Under the pieces are notes generated by a model, which ran no database searches, was not told the DNA's origin, and worked only from the letters and a program-made list of their open reading frames with translations. The translations under genes and the position numbers were made by a program. A DNA stretch of 64,000 nucleotides. Source: a virus (Duplodnaviria; Caudoviricetes). Shown piece after piece: positions 42,168 through 51,391 of this stretch (its first letter is position 1; the number at the start of each line of letters is the position of its first letter). The stretch covers positions 6,487 through 70,486 of IMG/VR virus record IMGVR_UViG_3300014613_000027; one strand, given 5' to 3'.

Positions 42168-43445
42168 ATGTCTGCTGAACTAGAAAAAATAAGAAAGATA
42201 GTTGATTTTAATCAGAGTATGCTTTTCTTATTTTTTGGGTTTATCTTATCTGGAGTTCTGATTAATAGTTGTGAAAACAAAGAGCGTCATCGAGATGTTC
42301 TTCAACAACTCGAACATATAGAGAAATGTGTGTGCAAGGAGAAAGTAGATGAAAAATAAAGACTATCACGAGATACCGTGGGTCAAAGAGCGTGTTGATA
42401 GAGTAAAAAAGATGTTAGTCAGTAAGGATGAAAAAGAGCAAAAAGATGCCAAAATAATGTTTATAAAGGAAGGCAGGGAGCTTCTTCTGAGAGTTACTGT
42501 TACTGATCCTTATTTATTTCGACTTGTTACATTTTCAATATTTGATGAATTCGATGAAGAAGAAATTCTTTCTATACCTGGAGCTACGTTAACAGTAGTT
42601 GACTTTGACCTTGATAAATTTGAACCTAGAAAGAAAATAAAACAATGGCTCCAGGAGCAGTTAAAGAGTTTTGAGGATGTGGAGGAGAACCAATGAGCCA
42701 AACATATTCAATAGGATGTAAAGATTGCCAGGTTCATTTATGGATAGGCCAGAGAAGACATATTTATCGAGGTGATGTTTATATAGAAGCTCTTGAGAAA
42801 TTTTTATATAAACATCGGAACCATAGTTTAATATTTGGTGACAACTGTGAAAATGAACTATCCGAGTGGAAAGAATTAGAACCTGAAGATATTAACAAGG
42901 ATGAGGAATACCTATGAATCCTTTAACACCATTTTTAATGTTAGTTTTAGCTTTCTCAGCATTCCTTATTGGCTGGCTGATAGTGTATGAGATTAAAGAA
43001 GCTAAGAAGAAAAGTAAACATAAGTTAAGGTTTAAGTAATGAAATTTCCTAAACACATTTGTCATCATTGTGTTAGATCCTTCTGCGAGGAAGGAAGAGC
43101 TAAATGACTAAAGATAAAATTGACTTTGTTATAGAATGTCCAAGATGTGCGAAATACATAAAACCTCGATGGGATTGTTTTATTTGTTATGGTTCAGGTG
43201 AGGTATATGCTCCGCAACGAGGTGTAATGTCTAGAATTGATTCTTTAGCCGAAGATGTAGCTAGGATGCATGAAGCTCTTGCGGGAAAGAAGATTACTGC
43301 AGTTGAATTAGATGTACATCAAGGGTCTAAAACAGATATTCATGTATGCGTACACGTTGAAGGAGGTTCATCAATAGTATATGACATGAATGAAGTTAAT
43401 CTTCACTTTTTAGCTGCTGAAGAGAAGCATGCAGACGACGCTTAA
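42168..43445 (+). other. Run of small hypothetical CDSs: 42168-42359, 42349-42696, 42693-42917, 43104-43445
   Basis: Packed + strand ORFs. Confidence 0.6.
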
Positions 43446-43473
43446 TCTTCAACTAAACACTACACCCACATCA

Positions 43474-43575
43474 TCCTACAGTATCCCACTTAATTTAAAC
43501 TAAATGCATTTATTTCACCTGAGTATATTGACAGGTGTCTGATGGTGGGTTACATATTGAGTATGAGATGCGCAA
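43474..43575 (+). promoter_or_regulatory. Sigma70-type early promoter with long upstream element, copy 4
   Basis: TTGACA 43528-43533, 17 nt, TACATA 43551-43556; same upstream element and GAGTATGAGATGCG leader. Confidence 0.85.
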
Positions 43576-43595
43576 CACAAACAAAGGGGAATGAG

Positions 43596-44655
43596 ATGAA
43601 AAAAGAAACAATAATAAACGAAATCAGTGAAATGAAAATCGGGCACACTGGCAGCAAATGGGGCGTGATAGTTTCGAGACACGGCGCAGATTGTTTCGAA
43701 CTTGGTACGTGGGGTGTAGCAGAGAACCGGTACACTGCAAAAGAGGCGGCGGAAAAAATAATTGATGTAAATGGAAGGTAGGCGATAATGAGATGGGAAG
43801 ATATAAGTATGCCTTTATTAGACAGACCTCTTGAGTCTCAGTTACATCTTTCCCAGAAAGATGCCAAGGTCCTCTCTAAGGCTTGTGCAGTTCTGGAGAG
43901 TATGAAGAAGCATCTGGAGGAAGAATGGGGTGAGGATGATGCCTACGATGTACCAGAAGCGCAACCTTGGATAATGGCTGCATGCTATTTAGGTGAAGCT
44001 CTTGAGGATCTTAATGTACGATATACTGGTAGGAAGCCTTATGCATTTATCAAGTTTCCTCCGAGAGAGGATAAGGAGAAGTAAAATGAAGTGTGAATAC
44101 TGTGATCAAAGGCCAGCGAACAACACGCACTCCAGTATTGAGGATGCCCATTTCTGCGATTCCTGTTTTGAGGGTGTTTTAACTAACTACTATCATGTTG
44201 GAACCGTTGAAGAAGCTTTAGTTCTTCAAGAGAAAGAGAATGATGCATGGTGGGGGTCTTATAATCAGACTGAGGAGAAGTAAAATGAAAATTTGTATAA
44301 TCGCAGGTGTAATGATATTCGGTTGGCTTCTTCCTGAAGTAGCTAAGGTTATGTCTCCTCATAAAGTAGAGGTACCAATTCTAGTGAGTATTCTAACTTT
44401 TTTAGGTTCGGGCCTGATTGCAACTGGAATACTTTATAGTTAGGGGAAGTAATGAGATTAGTAACAGTAGAAATCAAGGTAGCTCGGGAGCTGATAATTT
44501 ATAAACTGAACGCTTCGGACAACGAAAGCTCGGACTCCATTAAGTCCAGGGCTTTATGTAAGATGGCAAAGAGGTTCGGTGAGGCTGGAGGCCAGATGAT
44601 CATGTTTAACAAGGGAGTTGAGATTACAGATGATGTGCCAGTAGATATTGGCTAG
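43596..44655 (+). other. Run of small hypothetical CDSs: 43596-43781, 43788-44084, 44086-44283, 44285-44443, 44452-44655
   Basis: Packed ORFs downstream of promoter copy 4. Confidence 0.6.
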
Positions 44656-44718
44656 AGGAGTAGAGGGAAATCCTCATAAAGTAATTTACAGACAAACAAC
44701 AAAGAGGAGAATAAAACA

Positions 44719-45318
44719 ATGCCATCAGGATACACAGATTATATTAACAAGGGAGTTTCGTTTGACGATTTTGTTTTGATCTGCGCCAGGGCTTTCGGAG
44801 CGCTTATCAATATGAAGGAGGATTCTTTTGATAAACCAATACCGAAGCGTTTGGAACCTTCGAGTTATCATAAAGATGAGTTAGAAAAGGAAGAGGTTCG
44901 ACTAGAATCCTTGTTAAAGATGAGTAATGAACAAGGGGCTATTGAAGCAAAGGCCGAGTGGAAAGAAGCTATGGCTTATTATGAGGAGCGATTAATAGAG
45001 AACAAGAAACAAAAAGAAGGTTATGAATCTATGCTAGCAAAGGTTCGAGATTGGACTCCTCCAACGGAGGATCATCGAGGACTTAAGCAATTTATGATTG
45101 AGCAGATTACTCAGTCTATCAGTTTTGATTGTAGTTATGAACCCGATAAACCTTCTTCGGAACCTTCGAGCGGTGCCGAGTGGTTAAAACTAAAAATTAA
45201 AAATGCTAAAGAGGATATTAAATATCATTCAGAAAATTATACTGAAGAAGTTGCTAGGATTGAAGAGCGGAATAAGTGGATAGAGGATCTGAGGGGTAGT
45301 TTATACAAAGAAAGTTAA
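44719..45318 (+). CDS. Conserved-looking phage hypothetical protein (helical/coiled coil)
   Basis: MPSGYT...FVLICARAFGALI N-terminus; AGGAG RBS. Confidence 0.7.
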   Translation: MPSGYTDYINKGVSFDDFVLICARAFGALINMKEDSFDKPIPKRLEPSSYHKDELEKEEVRLESLLKMSNEQGAIEAKAEWKEAMAYYEERLIENKKQKEGYESMLAKVRDWTPPTEDHRGLKQFMIEQITQSISFDCSYEPDKPSSEPSSGAEWLKLKIKNAKEDIKYHSENYTEEVARIEERNKWIEDLRGSLYKES

Positions 45319-45350
45319 GGTTGTCAATAACCAAAAGAAAGGTAAAGGAT

Positions 45351-45974
45351 ATGAAAACTGTAAAAGCGAAATGTAAGTTAATTAGGGAGATGTTGGGAAC
45401 TGCTGCTGCAGATCCTGAAGTGCATGAGAAATTTATTGCCAGCAAGAGTGCAGACAAGAATAAGATTAAGGAGGAGATGGCTGCTCTTTCTGCCGCAGAG
45501 CTTATTGAGAAGTCTTTGACTGTTTTTCCACGGGATGAAGACGGCGATCCTTTTATTTATGATTATCAGGTGAGGGGTCATATCAAGGATTTCTTAGGTG
45601 GTGAAGTAGAGTTTCAAGATCTTTATATTAAGGTAGGGACGAAGGAATATAAGTTTAGTAAGTGGACTTATAAGCGTCTTGTAGATAACTTTATCTTTGT
45701 TACTCCCCGAAAGATAAAGTTGAGGCTACCTGAAGGGAAGGACATGGGTCTTTGTACAAGACCTTTAAGAGCAGAGACTCAACAAGGTCCAAGGATAGCT
45801 CTAGCTACTAGTGAGACAATTCCTGAAGGGACTGAATTTGAATTTGAAGTCCATTGTCGTCAACCAGAATTATTTGATTTGATACCAAAAGCTCTAGATT
45901 ATGGAGCTTTAAATGGACTTCTTCAGTGGAGGAATTCGGGAAAGGGTACTTTTACCTGGGAAGAGCGAAGTTAA
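45351..45974 (+). CDS. Stand-alone Cas7/RAMP-like protein
   Basis: RAMP pattern: beta1 VKAKCKLIREMLGT, PFIYDYQVRGHIKD (cf. P.IPGSSLKG..R), SETIPEGTEFEFEV, and Gly-rich loop DYGALNGLLQWRNSGKGTF. No other cas genes nearby. Confidence 0.7.
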   Translation: MKTVKAKCKLIREMLGTAAADPEVHEKFIASKSADKNKIKEEMAALSAAELIEKSLTVFPRDEDGDPFIYDYQVRGHIKDFLGGEVEFQDLYIKVGTKEYKFSKWTYKRLVDNFIFVTPRKIKLRLPEGKDMGLCTRPLRAETQQGPRIALATSETIPEGTEFEFEVHCRQPELFDLIPKALDYGALNGLLQWRNSGKGTFTWEERS

Positions 45975-46478
45975 GGTAAAGTTTGGTAAAGTTAGGGTAA
46001 AGTTATGTTTTGGTTTCGTACGGTAGAGTTATGTTTTGGTTTCGTATCGGTACGGTATGGTTCAGTGAGGGTATTGCCTAGTGTAGTCCTGTTCTGGTTA
46101 TGTGAAGTGAAGTCTTGGTAGAGTACTGTCGGGTGATGTGGCGGTAAAGTCACGTACGGTAACGGTAAAGTACTGTGAAGTGAGGTCCAGGTTGAGTCTG
46201 GTAACGTGATGTGGAGGTATAGTTTTGTGGAGTATGGTCCAGGTTGAGTGAAGTTTTGTGATGGTAAAGTCCGGTAACGTGATGTGTGGTGTTGGTAGAG
46301 TTATGTGGTGTCAAGTTTTGGTCTCTGTAACGTGAGGTGAGGTAGAGTAAGGGTAAAGTGCGGTTATGTCTCGTACTGTCTTGGTGAGGTGAAGTTCTGC
46401 ACGGTAATGTTTGGGTAAAGTGAGGTAGAGCTACGTTTGGTAAAGGTGTGGTTCAGTGAAGTTTTGTGAAGGCAAAGT
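45967..46478 (+). ncRNA. Non-coding periodic NNNGY array, putative guide-RNA array for the adjacent RAMP protein
   Basis: Parsed by hand into 98 contiguous units all ending GT (94) or GC (4): 76 pentamers and 22 hexamers. No track ORF covers it on either strand. Confidence 0.7.
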
Positions 46479-46660
46479 ATATTAAAGGATATGAGGATAA
46501 AAAATGAAACTAACAGATGAACAACAAAGGAAGATAAACAACAAAAAGGAGAATGAGATGAAGACGATTAAAGAAGATGGCGAGATGATTTTTTTAGAAT
46601 CAATAATAGCAGGAAGACCGACAACGTAAATTATCAAGGATTCAATAGGAGGAAAAGGAA

Positions 46661-47354
46661 ATGAAAAATGTAATATCAAGATGGTGGCATGAATGGAATG
46701 ATCTTTTTATAGCTTTAGCCATTGCGTGTATAGTTGTGGGAATTATTATATGGCTTGGAATTGGGTCTTCCGGCAACCTGAATTATGTAAAAGAGCGCTC
46801 TGAAATAAGATTTCAGGAATTGAACTATGAAATCATTGGCTATGAAGGATACCGGTTTGGCTTCTGGGGCTACAATGATTTCGGCGGTGCCCATGTTTGG
46901 TATCTATTAAAGAAAAATCCAGATAATGGAATTATCTACAAGGGTTCACTGCAGCGATGGGGTGATGAGATACACCTAATGCAGCTTAAGGCAGTAGACG
47001 CTATTAAGCCATAACGAAAGATAAGGTAAGGGAAACATAATGAATAAATTTCTAAAAGGGCTAGGTATTTTATTTTTGGGTGCTGTAGTTATTGTTTGGG
47101 GTGGTTTTGTTTTACAAATTCTTTGGAGTTGGTTTGTTTCTTCTCCGTGGGACATTAGACAGATTACTTTAACAGAAGCAGTGGGTATAGATTTAATCAT
47201 TTCGTTTTTGACTCAACAATTCAATTGGGGTAATTGGGATGAAAGTGTTGAGCTTTCTGATAATTTAACTAAGACGGAAGTACGTATTATACACATGATT
47301 ATTCAACCTGCATTATTTTTATTTGTTGGGTGGGTTGTAACATTCTTTATGTAA
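46661..47354 (+). other. Two small membrane-protein CDSs: 46661-47014, 47040-47354
   Basis: Both contain hydrophobic helices. Confidence 0.6.
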
Positions 47355-47392
47355 AAAGTTTATACCTAGATACTCAAAAGAAAGTTAAGTTT

Positions 47393-48871
47393 ATGAAATT
47401 AACAGATGAACAACAAGCGATAATTGACGCTACTCCTCCAGAAGGTGGATCTCTCCTCGTTACAGCTTTCGCTGGTACGGGGAAGACCTTCACCTTAGAG
47501 AAGTATGCTGAAGCTCGCTCAACTAATAGAATTTTATACGTAGCTTTTAACAAGGCTATACAGCTCGAAGCCGAGAGGAAGATGCCTTCTAATGTAATGA
47601 GTCGAACTACTCATTCTTTAGCTTATAGAGTCTTCGGTGCGAAGTATCAGAAGGCTGGGCTCTTCCAGTTTAGTGTACCTCTTTGGAGGATTTCTAAACT
47701 ATTAGGCTTGTGGAATAATATAGTTGTAGCAAACTTTGTTGATACTATACTAAAAAAGTTCTTATCATCTCCTGATAGAGATATTACTGAAGCTCATTTT
47801 ACTCAGGATATTCTCGATTATTATGAAGGGGCTCTGAGACCTCCTCCACTTATCCAGATGGCTAAGAGAGTATGGGAGGATATGAAGAGTATGCAATCGA
47901 AGTCTTTACCAATGACTCACGATGGGTACTTAAAGTTATATCAACTATCAGAGCCAGTGTTAGATTTTGACTATATTATGCTCGATGAAGCTCAGGATAC
48001 TACTCCTTGTGTCTGGGACATTATGAAGAAGCAGAAGTGTAGAAAAATTGTTGTAGGCGATCCTTTTCAAGCTATCTATGAATGGCGAGGAAGTATAGAT
48101 GCCTTAAGTAAGGTTGAAGATGCCGAGAGCTTGTATCTCTCCAAGAGCTTCAGGTTCGGCCCAGAGGTCGCCAAACTAGCAACTACCCTCCTGCAAAGGT
48201 TCTTGGGTGAGAAGAGAGCGGTGAGCGGCCTGGAGTCGTTGAGCACAGAAATACATACAACAGGGTATCCTGAGAGCCCGACTATAATAGCCAGGGGTAA
48301 TAACTTTATCTTCAGATCTGCTGCTTCCGAGTGTGGGAATGGCGAAAGGACCTTTGGCTTTGTCGGTGGAGATCATACTAACTATAGATTTCAATCGGTT
48401 CTCGATGTATATCATGTTTATAATGATGAGCCAGATATGGCCAAGGATTCTCTCATTAAGTCTTTCAAGAGTTATGAAGAGCTTATAGAATACTCGGGGA
48501 AGGTTCATAGTTATGAATTAGAGAGTGCTATTCAACTGGTTGATGAGTATGGATCGAGGATACCTAATATTATTAAAGAAGTTAAAAAAAGAGATGTAGG
48601 CGCTCAGTATTCCGACTTAACTTATACAACAGGACATAAAGCCAAGGGTTTAGAATTTCCAGTGGTTCAATTAGCTCCTGATTTTTCAGGAATGATTGAG
48701 GCACATAAGGATGATCCTGGTGCAGGGATTATTAACTCTAGTGAAATGAATTTGCTCTATGTAGCTATTACTCGGGGTACTGAGAAGCTCTTCATTTCAC
48801 CTACTATTAAAGATTTCATTGAAAATGGGTATTGTACTGGTAATTTTCCAATATGGAAGGAAGTGAAGTGA
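47393..48871 (+). CDS. UvrD/Rep-like superfamily 1 helicase
   Basis: LTDEQQ Q motif, AFAGTGKT (Walker A), MLDEAQD (Walker B), VGDPFQAIY, SFRFG, TGHKAKGLEF, LYVAITRG. Confidence 0.9.
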   Translation: MKLTDEQQAIIDATPPEGGSLLVTAFAGTGKTFTLEKYAEARSTNRILYVAFNKAIQLEAERKMPSNVMSRTTHSLAYRVFGAKYQKAGLFQFSVPLWRISKLLGLWNNIVVANFVDTILKKFLSSPDRDITEAHFTQDILDYYEGALRPPPLIQMAKRVWEDMKSMQSKSLPMTHDGYLKLYQLSEPVLDFDYIMLDEAQDTTPCVWDIMKKQKCRKIVVGDPFQAIYEWRGSIDALSKVEDAESLYLSKSFRFGPEVAKLATTLLQRFLGEKRAVSGLESLSTEIHTTGYPESPTIIARGNNFIFRSAASECGNGERTFGFVGGDHTNYRFQSVLDVYHVYNDEPDMAKDSLIKSFKSYEELIEYSGKVHSYELESAIQLVDEYGSRIPNIIKEVKKRDVGAQYSDLTYTTGHKAKGLEFPVVQLAPDFSGMIEAHKDDPGAGIINSSEMNLLYVAITRGTEKLFISPTIKDFIENGYCTGNFPIWKEVK

Positions 48872-49508
48872 TGAAGTATAACAAAAAAGAATGGGAGCCT
48901 TGGATTCGGTTAGTTAAATACAATGATGTTCAGTGGGCTATCGGATATACACCAGAGAAATATAAACCTTTGGTGGCGCTTGCTCTTAGTGTAGCTAAGT
49001 GGTCCCGAGAAGTAAGTATGAACGAAGGTTCAGATACTAAGCTTTGTGGTTTGTGTGTCTTGTATTCAGGCGGAGATAATTATTGTTATAGATCTGGTGG
49101 GGTGGAGTGTAAATGTCCCTTAATCGCTATGGGTGAAGGGTGCTTTAGTCTAGGAAGTAAGTTTAGTGATTGGGCTAGTGTTACTGATCGGGCTACAGAA
49201 CCCCAGCTTGTTCCATCGATGCGTAACCTTCTTCTCCAGGTCTACGAGGCTGAGTATAAGAAAGTTATAGGTTAAGGTTAAAGGAGAAATACAACGTGGG
49301 TCGGTTAAAAAAGTTTAGTGAAAGTTTTGTGATAGAAGGATGTTGCGAGTGTCCTGCTTATGATCCCAATGTTGAGAAGTGTGGGCATTCTTCGTTCGAG
49401 GAGCCTAAAGAGATACCGAGTTATACAGCAGCCAGTACAGAGTTCTTTGGATTCGCGGAATTCTGCCCCTTGAAGGACTACAGATATTCGCGGGAGGGTA
49501 ATGAATAA
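48871..49508 (+). other. Small hypothetical CDSs: 48871-49275, 49296-49508
   Basis: Cys-rich ORFs. Confidence 0.6.
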
Positions 49509-49509
49509 A

Positions 49510-49560
49510 ATCACTTTGGTATATTGACAGGTGCTTAAAGGTGGGTTACATATTAAGTGT
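49510..49560 (+). promoter_or_regulatory. Sigma70-type early promoter, copy 5 (core only)
   Basis: TTGACA 49524-49529, 17 nt, TACATA 49547-49552. Confidence 0.8.
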
Positions 49561-49592
49561 AGGTTGGAATTTTTAATGAAGGGAGTTGAGTA

Positions 49593-50251
49593 ATGAAGTC
49601 CTGTAAAATATGTGGAAGCTTTGCGATAAATCCGCATCTTCATGACAGGGTGCCTGGTGAGGACTTGGACCTCTGTGATGTGTGCTACTGGCGAGCTAGG
49701 GCTAATGAAGCCAGGATGGAAATAATATGTAACAGTGTTTTCACAACCAAGGGTGATATACGGCTAATAGAATTAAAAAAAGCCTATGCCAAAAAGAGAA
49801 AATGGCGTGGTCTGTTCGAAGGGGAGGGAGATGAATAATGAACAAGATAAATCCAAAAATAGTGAAGGGTGAGCCAGAGTGTAGCGAAGAATGCCCATAT
49901 TTTAAAAGGATAGGGTTTGGAAATAAGGATACTCTCTCAAAGAGTTATTATTGGTGTGATGAAATGAAAGACAAAACCAATGATGAACTTCCTTGCATTC
50001 CTGGTCTGCGCCAGCAAAGGGATGGTAAGGAAGATGAACTTATCGAGTTAACGGGTAGGTTCAATACCGCCCTAGCAGCGAAGAAAGAAGCAGAGAAGGA
50101 ACGAGACAGGTTTATCGAAGACTGCGATTCACTTAAGCGTTCAGTTACTAAGTTAAATTCTGAGAAGCTTACTCTAGTGAATACATTGGAAAAGGTGCAG
50201 CAGGAACTAGGTGAAGTATTTGATTCTCTACATATTGAAGTGGTACGATGA
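49593..50251 (+). other. Hypothetical CDSs 49593-49838 and 49838-50251 (the latter a paralog of cassette gene 3)
   Basis: MNKINP....GEP.C...C...C.P.LR..RD is shared with 26939-27385. Confidence 0.65.
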
Positions 50252-51213
50252 AAGACTTAGCAGACATAGGTTTCTATACTTTATCGAATGATCGAGCAGC
50301 TAGAGTGTCTGCTTCAACTCGCTTAGAGCGTTGTGAGCTTCTCCTCACGGATGCTTGTAATTTTAAGTGTCCTTATTGTCGTGGAGCTAGAGAGGGCTAC
50401 GAGGGCACGATGCCTTTCTCTGAAGCTTCTCGAATAGTAAAGCTTTGGACGGACGATAATCTTAGAAACATTAGATTCTCTGGAGGTGAGCCTACTCTAT
50501 ATAAAAATCTTGTTAAGTTAGTAGCTCAGGCCAAAGACGGAGGAGTTGAGCGTTGTGCTATCTCTACTAATGGTTCTGCTGATTGGGAACTCTACAAGGA
50601 GTTAATAGAAGCTGGAGTTGATGATTTTTCAGTATCTTTAGATGGCGGTTGTTGCGCTACAGGTCAGAAGATGAATGGTGGTATTTCTGGAGTCTGGGAT
50701 AAGGTTATAAGTAATATTGCGAGAATAAGTAAGTTAACATACTGCACCGTAGGAATGGTATTTACAGAAGATAATGTTAATGAATGTTTAGATGCCGTTA
50801 GATTTGCTGTAGGTTTGGGAGTATCAGATATTCGAGTAATACCTTCAGCTCAATATAATAAGGCTTTGACAATGCTTGCCGATCTGGAAGGGTTGAATAG
50901 TTTTCCAATACTCAAGTATCGAATTAATAATATAAGAAATGGAAGACATGTTCGAGGTATTGAGAAAGATGATAAGACTAGGTGTAGGTTAGCTCTAGAT
51001 GATATGGCTGTTATTAAAGATGAACATTTTCCTTGTATTATCTACTTAAGAGAAGGCGGTGATCCTATAGGTGAGGTAGGACCTAATATGCGAGCTGAAA
51101 GACTAGAGTGGGTAGAAAATCATATTCCAGCAGAAGATTCTATTTGTAGTAAGAATTGTTTGGATGTCTGTGTTGATTACAACCACGTTGCTGGAAGAGG
51201 AGGATCTATATAA
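50248..51213 (+). CDS. Radical SAM enzyme (MoaA/NirJ-like)
   Basis: CNFKCPYC (CxxxCxxC), RFSGGEPTL, ISTNG, SVSLDG, C-terminal Cys cluster. Confidence 0.9.
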   Translation: MKDLADIGFYTLSNDRAARVSASTRLERCELLLTDACNFKCPYCRGAREGYEGTMPFSEASRIVKLWTDDNLRNIRFSGGEPTLYKNLVKLVAQAKDGGVERCAISTNGSADWELYKELIEAGVDDFSVSLDGGCCATGQKMNGGISGVWDKVISNIARISKLTYCTVGMVFTEDNVNECLDAVRFAVGLGVSDIRVIPSAQYNKALTMLADLEGLNSFPILKYRINNIRNGRHVRGIEKDDKTRCRLALDDMAVIKDEHFPCIIYLREGGDPIGEVGPNMRAERLEWVENHIPAEDSICSKNCLDVCVDYNHVAGRGGSI

Positions 51214-51253
51214 TGATCGATAAACAGTTTAAAGTATCTTACATATAGAAAGA

Positions 51254-51375
51254 GCTTTTAGAGGTACACATTATATAAATTTTTAACCCTTCAACACGAA
51301 AGGAGAAACTGAGTAGGCTAAAATCGGTTGGGCACGTACAAGTTTTGATAAGATATAGTGTGTACCTCTAAAAGC
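51254..51375. repeat. 17-bp perfect inverted repeat enclosing 88 nt
   Basis: GCTTTTAGAGGTACACA (51254-70) and TGTGTACCTCTAAAAGC (51359-75); pairing extends about 6 bp inward. Confidence 0.85.
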
Positions 51376-51391
51376 GGAAAGGGCGGATTAA

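Noticed and set aside
31104-43596. Shared N-terminus (M)SYILSMRC in three ORFs as a protein family
   Set aside because: It is the translated promoter repeat (-10 region and leader). The true starts are at 31152, 36238 and 43596.
45967-46478. Classical CRISPR array
   Set aside because: There are no identical 23-47-nt repeats with unique spacers. The conservation is positional (GY every 5-6 nt), so it is reported as a different array type.
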